From: Candidatus Aenigmatarchaeota archaeon
GTDB taxonomy: Archaea; Aenigmatarchaeota; Aenigmatarchaeia; CG10238-14; WAMV01
Length of the DNA: 12,908 nt
Reading direction: 5' to 3'
Assembly: GCA_015522145.1 (NCBI GenBank)
Contig: WAMV01000004.1
Span: 1 to 12,908 of the forward strand
In this document: piece by piece, positions 7,454 through 12,908 of the stretch
Numbering within the stretch: position 1 is the stretch's first letter
Layout: each line of letters opens with the position of its first letter
Notes under the pieces: model-generated
What the model was told of the DNA's origin: nothing
Database searches by the model: none
Seen by the model: only the letters and a program-made list of their open reading frames with translations
Translations under genes and position numbers: made by a program

Positions 7454-7842
7454 CACTTTCTTATAAGCAATTTAGCCTTTTCAGGATCATAACTAAAGTC
7501 TTCAGGCAAAAGCCCTTCCCGCTTATAATACTTTATCAAAGCTCTTATTTTAGACTCTATCATTTGCAAGCCTCTTTTGCTATGCTTGTCTTTTTTATGT
7601 TTAGTTAAATGCTCATGCAAATTTACAGCTCTTTTCATTAAGTTGAAAAGATCTTCTGGAATTTCCGGAGCCAAGTTGTGCTCTTTTAATATCTGCACGA
7701 GTTTTTTGCCTGTAGCTTTTCTTATGCTTGGTACGCCATACTGGTCTCTTAGAATTAACCCTATTTTAGATGGAGGTACGCCTTGTTTAGCTAACTCTAC
7801 GATTATTTTTTCAATCTTTTTTGCGTATTGTGTAGCGGCCAC
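7453..7842 (-). CDS. rps15: 30S ribosomal protein S15 (uS15), N-terminally shortened
   Basis: LAKQG-x2[39 protein letters not shown]2-IESKIR-x3-KYYK. No ATG near the 5' end. GTG 7842 sits 10 nt after GAGGAG, whereas TTG 7851 is only 1 nt after it. Start uncertain. Confidence 0.93.
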   Translation of the reverse strand: MAATQYAKKIEKIIVELAKQGVPPSKIGLILRDQYGVPSIRKATGKKLVQILKEHNLAPEIPEDLFNLMKRAVNLHEHLTKHKKDKHSKRGLQMIESKIRALIKYYKREGLLPEDFSYDPEKAKLLIRK

Positions 7843-8422
7843 GGCTCTCAATCTCCTCTATTTTAGCTATTACCTGTTCTGCTTTATCAAAATTATTGGC
7901 GTAAGAATTAATTATTGTTTTCCAGCATTTATTAGCTATTACCGGATGCGTAGATATTAAACATTCTTTAAGTACAAGCAAATCCTGGGCATAATCCTCT
8001 ATTCTATTGCTAAAATCTGCCAGACCAAAATCTATGAGGTAAAGACCTTGCTTAGCTAGAATCATGTTGGAAGTTGTTAAATCGCCGTGCACAATCCCAT
8101 TGGCATGAAGCTTAGCTATGTACTCACCAATTTTTTTGCAAATTTTTTTGCTATAGCCTTGCTCAAGTTTTTGCTTAACCGTTATGCCTTTCACATATTC
8201 CATTTTTATTGTGTAGTTTTTTTCATCAACCTCTATTATTTTTGGTATTAATATTCCAAGCTTCCTTGCTTCACGCATTATTCTTGCTTCCCTTCTTGTC
8301 CTTAGCTTTCTCAGCTTTTCATCTAGTTGTTTAATTCTGTAGTTTTTCCTTATTCTTACTTTTTCCACTACGCCTTGCTTAAGAATTATCTTGCTTTCTG
8401 CACCTTGATAAAGCAATTTCAT
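7811..8422 (-). CDS. bud32: KEOPS complex kinase/ATPase Bud32 (stand-alone, not fused to Kae1)
   Basis: [16 protein letters not shown]-x2-LR-x2-[22 protein letters not shown] and C-terminal RGRY. Confidence 0.95.
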   Translation of the reverse strand: MKLLYQGAESKIILKQGVVEKVRIRKNYRIKQLDEKLRKLRTRREARIMREARKLGILIPKIIEVDEKNYTIKMEYVKGITVKQKLEQGYSKKICKKIGEYIAKLHANGIVHGDLTTSNMILAKQGLYLIDFGLADFSNRIEDYAQDLLVLKECLISTHPVIANKCWKTIINSYANNFDKAEQVIAKIEEIESRGRYTIRKKD

Positions 8423-8428
8423 AAAGAG

Positions 8429-9373
8429 CTAAACGTCCTCTATACCATTCTCAGTTATTTTGAAAACCACTTCCCTTTCAGGCAAGTTTGGTGCATCTAT
8501 AAGTCTTGCTATTCTTAAATTCTTCTTACTTTTCCTTAAATAAACTCTGTAATAGCTTATGTGCCCTAGAATATGCCCACCAACAGGAGCTGTTGGATCG
8601 CCGAAAAGCACGTCTGGCCTTGCCATTACTTGGTTTGTTATGTAAACTGCAAGATTGAATGCATCTGCTAATTTTTGCAATGTGTGTAAATGTTTATTTA
8701 GTTTTTGCTGTCTTTCAGCAAGCAAGCCTCTGCCAACATAATCTGCTCTGAAATGAGAAGTTATGCTATCAACTATTATCAAACCTATATTGTGTTCTTT
8801 TATTATGTCCTTAGCTCTTTCAACAAGTAAAATTTGATGGTCGCTATTATATGCTCTAGCATAATAAATGTTCTTTAGCACTTTTTCTGGCTCTAAACCT
8901 TTAGCTTTTGCTATAGAAGCTATTCTATGTGGGCTAAAAGTGCCCTCGCTATCTATAAACAAACAATTTCTTTCCAAGCCGCCTTGCTCTATTGGCAATT
9001 GAACATTAACAGCAAGCTGAAAACCTAGTTGGGTCTTCCCACTACCGTAAGCCCCAAAGGCTTCCGTAATTTCCTGTGTAGGTACGCCTCCTCCCAAAAG
9101 CTCGTCCAAAGCTTTGCTTCCTGTTGTGATTTGCAAGCTTTTCTCTTTACGTTCAAGAACTTTGTCAGCAGTTTCAAAGCCTATTTTTAGCATTTCTCTA
9201 ACAGCGTTTATGATTTTGGCTGCTTGCAATTCACCAATTTCAGCTATGGCAGCAAGTTCTTTTGGTGAGCTTACAGCTATTGTCATTGGGTCATCATAGC
9301 CAACCTGTCTTAGCTTCTCAGCTATTTTTGGGCCCACACCTTTAATATCTTCAAGCCTAATTTCCTCTGTCAT
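8429..9373 (-). CDS. radA: DNA repair and recombination protein RadA
   Basis: N-terminal HhH ([10 protein letters not shown]), FETA oligomerisation motif, Walker [16 protein letters not shown], Walker [25 protein letters not shown]. No intein. Confidence 0.98.
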   Translation of the reverse strand: MTEEIRLEDIKGVGPKIAEKLRQVGYDDPMTIAVSSPKELAAIAEIGELQAAKIINAVREMLKIGFETADKVLERKEKSLQITTGSKALDELLGGGVPTQEITEAFGAYGSGKTQLGFQLAVNVQLPIEQGGLERNCLFIDSEGTFSPHRIASIAKAKGLEPEKVLKNIYYARAYNSDHQILLVERAKDIIKEHNIGLIIVDSITSHFRADYVGRGLLAERQQKLNKHLHTLQKLADAFNLAVYITNQVMARPDVLFGDPTAPVGGHILGHISYYRVYLRKSKKNLRIARLIDAPNLPEREVVFKITENGIEDV

Positions 9374-10347
9374 AATAGCACCGAAGCTAATTCATTTGTG
9401 GCTTTGTCAATATTTAAATATTCCACACTATCTGCCAGTAGTTCTAATCTGTTAAAAATAGGGTTTTTGCGCACCTTACCTTTAACAATTACTTCTTTAC
9501 CCAGAATTTTTTCTCTTAAAAAGCTTTCCTTGTCTTCAATACCTAAAAATTCACTAGCATCCATGCCCAATAGCTTGCTAGCTGTTTCATTAAAGAAAAC
9601 TACTCTTATGGTTTGGGTTTCATCGTCTAGCAGAGTGTTTAGTATTATTGAGTAATTTGGCTCCACATTACCATGCTGTTTGCAATAATGGGCTTCTATC
9701 CTAGATTTACAAATTGGGCAGAATTCAAAAATATAGTTAGATTTGAATATATGCACTATCATACCACTAACCTCATAATAGCCTGGCTTTAGCTCAACTA
9801 TGTTTGCTTTTTTGTAAGATTGAAAGTGTAGCTTTTCTAGCTCTTCCAAGCTTGGTAAGCTAGCGTTAGATTTTTTAATTAAACCATACTTACCAAGATT
9901 TATCTCTATCTCACCATACATGTTTTCTTTAACTAAAGCGCCTTTTACCTCAATAACATCACCTAGCTTTATTAGCTTCTCTTCCACATAGCTTACCTGA
10001 TCGTTCCAGAGTGTTAGTATAAAATAGCCTGTTTCATCGCCAACGTAAAGCTTAACTAGCTTGCCCTTATTGCCATTTTTCTCAAACTCTATAGGCTCTG
10101 TTATTTTGAAAACTCTACCTACAACGCTAACATTCTTTAAGCCTGGAACAAGGTTTCTTATCTGAAGTCTTTGCTTGTTAGGAAACTCAAGCTTTATGCC
10201 AAATTCTTTAGCAACTAGGATTGCTGCACCTTCTTTTGTTATTAAGTTATCAAGCTCTTTTTGCTTTTTGTCAATAAGCTCAAGAATGCTTTGCTCATCT
10301 AGCCCAGTTTCCTGCTTAATTCTATCTATGATTGCCTTTAGCTTCAT
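9370..10347 (-). CDS. Replication protein A-like ssDNA-binding protein (two OB folds plus Zn finger)
   Basis: N-terminal helical region ([16 protein letters not shown]), OB-fold signatures VGDETG-x4-TLW and [13 protein letters not shown], Zn finger CPIC-x8-CKQH. ATGA overlaps with both the histone and radA genes. Confidence 0.92.
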   Translation of the reverse strand: MKLKAIIDRIKQETGLDEQSILELIDKKQKELDNLITKEGAAILVAKEFGIKLEFPNKQRLQIRNLVPGLKNVSVVGRVFKITEPIEFEKNGNKGKLVKLYVGDETGYFILTLWNDQVSYVEEKLIKLGDVIEVKGALVKENMYGEIEINLGKYGLIKKSNASLPSLEELEKLHFQSYKKANIVELKPGYYEVSGMIVHIFKSNYIFEFCPICKSRIEAHYCKQHGNVEPNYSIILNTLLDDETQTIRVVFFNETASKLLGMDASEFLGIEDKESFLREKILGKEVIVKGKVRKNPIFNRLELLADSVEYLNIDKATNELASVLL

Positions 10348-10556
10348 TTAATTATGTTTTTAGCAGCAAGCCTTATATCTTCTAGCAAAACTGTTTTCCT
10401 GTTTGCATGTTTAGTATAGCTTACTGCTTCCCTAGCTATATCAAGCAAAATTTCCTCCATTACCTCTGCAAAAGCCTGAGCTGCCTCAAGCGAAACTCTT
10501 TGGGCACCGTAGAACTTTAGTATTTTCTCAAACGTAAATGTGTGGAGTAAGCCCAT
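10344..10556 (-). CDS. Archaeal histone (single histone fold, HMf family, divergent)
   Basis: 70 aa. GAQRVS loop 1 and HANRKTV-x2-EDI-x-LA loop 2/alpha3 with the conserved R-D salt bridge. Confidence 0.95.
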   Translation of the reverse strand: MGLLHTFTFEKILKFYGAQRVSLEAAQAFAEVMEEILLDIAREAVSYTKHANRKTVLLEDIRLAAKNIIK

Positions 10557-10587
10557 AATTTAAATTGAAAACTAAGTATTTATTAGG
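10557..10587. promoter_or_regulatory. Putative overlapping divergent promoters for the histone operon and the aglH-like gene
   Basis: 31-bp AT-rich gap between head-to-head ATGs. TTTAAAT (10559-10565, +) and TAATAAAT (10585-10578, -) are each ~22-29 nt upstream of a start. Confidence 0.45.
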
Positions 10588-11619
10588 ATGTTAGCAGAAG
10601 CTATTGCAAGCATTGTAGCTTTTTTCTTTACGCTAATAGCTACGCCTAAGCTTGTCAGGTTTTTTGCCTTTAACCTAAATCTTTACGCTAAAGACATGCA
10701 AAAACCAGGTAAGCCTGTATTGCCCACTAGCGGAGGCATAGCTTTAGTCGCTGGCTTCATAGCTGGCTTCTTTACTTACATAGCAGTAAAGGTTTTTGTT
10801 TTTAACGATTTCTCTAGCTTGGTATATCTGATGGCAGGAACTATAGCGATTTTAATTCTTGCCTTTATTGGGTTTTTTGATGATTTGTCAACAACCAGAA
10901 GGCCGAAAGAAGTTAAAAAAGGTTTAAAGGACATAAGAGTTGGATTAAGCCAGAAAACAAAATTTTTGCTTACTATACCGTCAGCCATACCATTAATGGC
11001 AGTTAACGCTGGTGTACACACAATATTCATACCCTTTATAGGCAGTGTGGACTTTGGAATATTTTATCCTTTGTTTTTGATTCCTCTTGGTTTTGTGTTT
11101 ACATCTAATGCAGTAAACATGCTTGCTGGCTTTAATGGGAGCGAGGCTGGTATGGGAATAGCTTACGTAGCTACTCTTGCCATAATAGCTTTTTTGTCTG
11201 GAGCAATTTCTTTTCCCATATTAATAATTGCCTTGGCCACTTTGCTCGGATATATTAGGTATAACTGGTATCCAGCAATGATTTTGCCTGGCGACAGCTT
11301 AACGTATTTTCTTGGTGGTGTAGTAGCAACTGGTGTAATTCTTGGCAACATAGAAAGTTATGGTGTAATAGTTATGATACCTTTCATAATAGAATTTTTC
11401 TTGAAGGCAAGGGCAAGGTTTAAAGCTAGTTCTTTAGGCATATTACAGAAGAATGGCAAGCTAAAAGCACCTTATGGCAAGAAAATTTATTCTTTAACGC
11501 ATGTGATAATGAATCTTGGTAAGCCAAAGAGTGAAAAAGAGGTGCTTTACTACATGATTGCTATAGAAAGTGTTTTTTGCATTATAGCTTTGTTGGTATT
11601 CTTCTGGATAAATTACTAA
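10588..11619 (+). CDS. UDP-GlcNAc:dolichyl-phosphate GlcNAc-1-phosphotransferase (AglH/Alg7-like, MraY/PNPT superfamily)
   Basis: DMQK-x5-LPTSGG, GFFDD, NAVNMLAGFNG-x-EAG, YNWYPA-x-ILPGDS, SLTH, and multiple TM helices. These match the GPT branch rather than MraY. Confidence 0.92.
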   Translation: MLAEAIASIVAFFFTLIATPKLVRFFAFNLNLYAKDMQKPGKPVLPTSGGIALVAGFIAGFFTYIAVKVFVFNDFSSLVYLMAGTIAILILAFIGFFDDLSTTRRPKEVKKGLKDIRVGLSQKTKFLLTIPSAIPLMAVNAGVHTIFIPFIGSVDFGIFYPLFLIPLGFVFTSNAVNMLAGFNGSEAGMGIAYVATLAIIAFLSGAISFPILIIALATLLGYIRYNWYPAMILPGDSLTYFLGGVVATGVILGNIESYGVIVMIPFIIEFFLKARARFKASSLGILQKNGKLKAPYGKKIYSLTHVIMNLGKPKSEKEVLYYMIAIESVFCIIALLVFFWINY

Positions 11620-11629
11620 GGTGTTTTGA

Positions 11630-12766
11630 ATGAAGGTAGCAATTTATCAAGCTTGGATTCGTAGCATGGGTGGTATGGAAAGGGTTTTGATGGAAATTGT
11701 TAAGAGAGGTAGGTACGATTATACAATATTTACATCGTTCTTTGAGAAGGAAAAAACTTTCAAAGAATTTGGAAAAATGAAAGTTATTCAACTTAGGAAA
11801 GGGGAAGCCAAAGGATTCCTTGCAAGAGGTGCAAGACTTGTTCATTTGTTAACAGATAAAGTTAAAGAAATTGAGAATTATGATGCCTTATTAGTTTCAA
11901 CTGGAGGTTTGGGAGAGTTTTTTGTAATGAGAAATAACATTATGCCTAGCTTTGCTTTTTGTCACACACCCTTAAGAATTGTGCACGATAAGCTTTATGC
12001 TTATGAAAGACTTAAAGGAAAAAATGTTGTATATAAGGGCTTGGTGAAAACTCTTGGACTAAGCTATTATTGGTTGGAAAAACTAGCTTGGAGTAAGTTT
12101 ATAAGAGTTTTTGCTAATAGCCAAAACACTAAAAAAAGATTGGTAAGAAGCAAGTTGGTTAAAGAAGAAAAAGTAAAGGTTTTGCATCCTGGCGTAGATA
12201 CCAAAGTTTTCAAACCAAAAAACAAATGGCAAAATTATTTTCTTGTGCCAGGAAGAATAAACAAATACAAAAGACAGTTGCTTGCTATAGAAGCCTTTAA
12301 GGCTTTTAGCAAAAAATTTAGAAATTTTAAGCTTGTATTAGCTGGGCAATATGATAAAAGTGACGAGTATGCAAAACTTGTGGTAAGAGAAGCTAGAAAA
12401 AACAAAAATATTATAGTTAAAGGAAGTGTAAATGAAAATGAATTAGTTAAACTTTACCAACATTGCTATGCTGTTTTGTTTACACCAGTTAATGAGGATT
12501 GGGGACTTGTACCTTTGGAAGCCAATGCTTGTGGCAAACTAGTTATTTCTGTCAATGAAGGTGGGCCTAGAGAAAGTATAAAGAATGGAGTTAATGGCTT
12601 TCTTGTTAATGCTAATCCTTATGACTTTGCTGAAAAAATGGAATTTTTGGTCAGAAATGAATGGTATGTTCAAAAGCAAGCTAAAGTTTGTAGAAATATG
12701 GCTTTAAAGTATGATTGGGATAATTTTGTAAAAGGTCTTGAAAGAGAAATTAAAAGGTTTATATAA
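11630..12766 (+). CDS. GT4-family glycosyltransferase (Alg2-like motifs)
   Basis: GGMER, FCHTP, ANS, HPGVD, GRINKYKR, EDWGLVPLE (Ex7E), GGPRESI-x4-NGFL. AGGTG SD at 11619-11623. Confidence 0.93.
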   Translation: MKVAIYQAWIRSMGGMERVLMEIVKRGRYDYTIFTSFFEKEKTFKEFGKMKVIQLRKGEAKGFLARGARLVHLLTDKVKEIENYDALLVSTGGLGEFFVMRNNIMPSFAFCHTPLRIVHDKLYAYERLKGKNVVYKGLVKTLGLSYYWLEKLAWSKFIRVFANSQNTKKRLVRSKLVKEEKVKVLHPGVDTKVFKPKNKWQNYFLVPGRINKYKRQLLAIEAFKAFSKKFRNFKLVLAGQYDKSDEYAKLVVREARKNKNIIVKGSVNENELVKLYQHCYAVLFTPVNEDWGLVPLEANACGKLVISVNEGGPRESIKNGVNGFLVNANPYDFAEKMEFLVRNEWYVQKQAKVCRNMALKYDWDNFVKGLEREIKRFI

Positions 12767-12908
12767 CCTCAAACCAGGGGACTCTTCTTAGTTTAGGTGA
12801 GGGTACATCTACGTGGCCATATATTTTGAAGAATAAAAATCTTTCACCAAAAAGTTCAGAGTGGTCTGAAGTTATAACTACTTTGCCAAGTTTCTTTAGT
12901 TTGGGGAG
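12759..12908 (-). CDS. 3' end of an alkaline-phosphatase/sulfatase-superfamily protein (partial, enters from the right edge)
   Basis: Minus strand reads LPKLKKLGKVVITSDHSELFGERFLFFKIYGHVDVPSPKLRRVPWFEVI-TAA, fitting the (T/S)DHGE-x-FGE...GH...VPW C-terminal signature. Not in the ORF track. Confidence 0.8.
   Translation of the reverse strand, partial: LPKLKKLGKVVITSDHSELFGERFLFFKIYGHVDVPSPKLRRVPWFEVI

Noticed and set aside
7816..7822. A-AAA-AAG slippery heptamer on the minus strand in the bud32/rps15 overlap, suggesting a programmed frameshift or a Bud32-uS15 fusion
   Set aside because: A -1 slip from the rps15 frame would only reach the bud32 stop, and a fusion would need +1. No stimulatory structure is evident, and A-runs are common throughout this sequence.
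7811..8422. Bud32 plus PP2C as a dedicated kinase-phosphatase signalling or defence pair
   Set aside because: Bud32 is the housekeeping KEOPS subunit in its usual rps15-linked context, ~4 kb away and on the opposite strand from the phosphatase.
3152..11845. Other short antisense ORFs (3152-3343, 4567-4788, 4701-4982, 4889-5143, 5719-6078, 6024-6311, 6603-6794, 7577-7960, 8327-8518, 9114-9299, 9398-9655, 10776-11030, 11163-11351, 11582-11845)
   Set aside because: All lie opposite well-supported conserved genes and show no recognisable domain.
1..12908. CRISPR arrays, tRNA/rRNA genes, IS elements, inteins (e.g. in radA)
   Set aside because: The largest intergenic gap is ~41 bp, and there are no GC-rich structured stretches, spaced direct repeats or transposase motifs. 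RadA is normal length and continuous through Walker A.

Overview
AT-rich, very compact archaeal core-genome segment, most consistent with a DPANN-type lineage (inferred from gene content and compaction, not proven). Left: the end of a membrane-protein gene, then a tandem array of four short, mutually similar ~5-TM proteins of unknown function. Next come dph5 (- strand) and a divergent + strand run of a minimal PP2C phosphatase, a D1-less Trm5-family tRNA methyltransferase and a PDZ-type site-2 protease. A tightly coupled - strand operon follows: histone, RPA, radA, bud32, rps15, GAN/RecJ-like DHH nuclease, rps3ae, with no pcc1 at its usual position. Right: start of a glycosylation cluster (AglH/Alg7-like GlcNAc-1-P transferase, GT4 glycosyltransferase, and the 3' end of a convergent alkaline-phosphatase/sulfatase-superfamily gene missing from the ORF track). 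No RNA genes, CRISPR arrays or mobile elements were seen. The best candidate for an uncharacterised system is the membrane-paralog array. Other oddities are an H4-like segment in the histone, a duplicated active-site strand in Trm5, a flap-less PP2C and an N-terminally shortened uS15.
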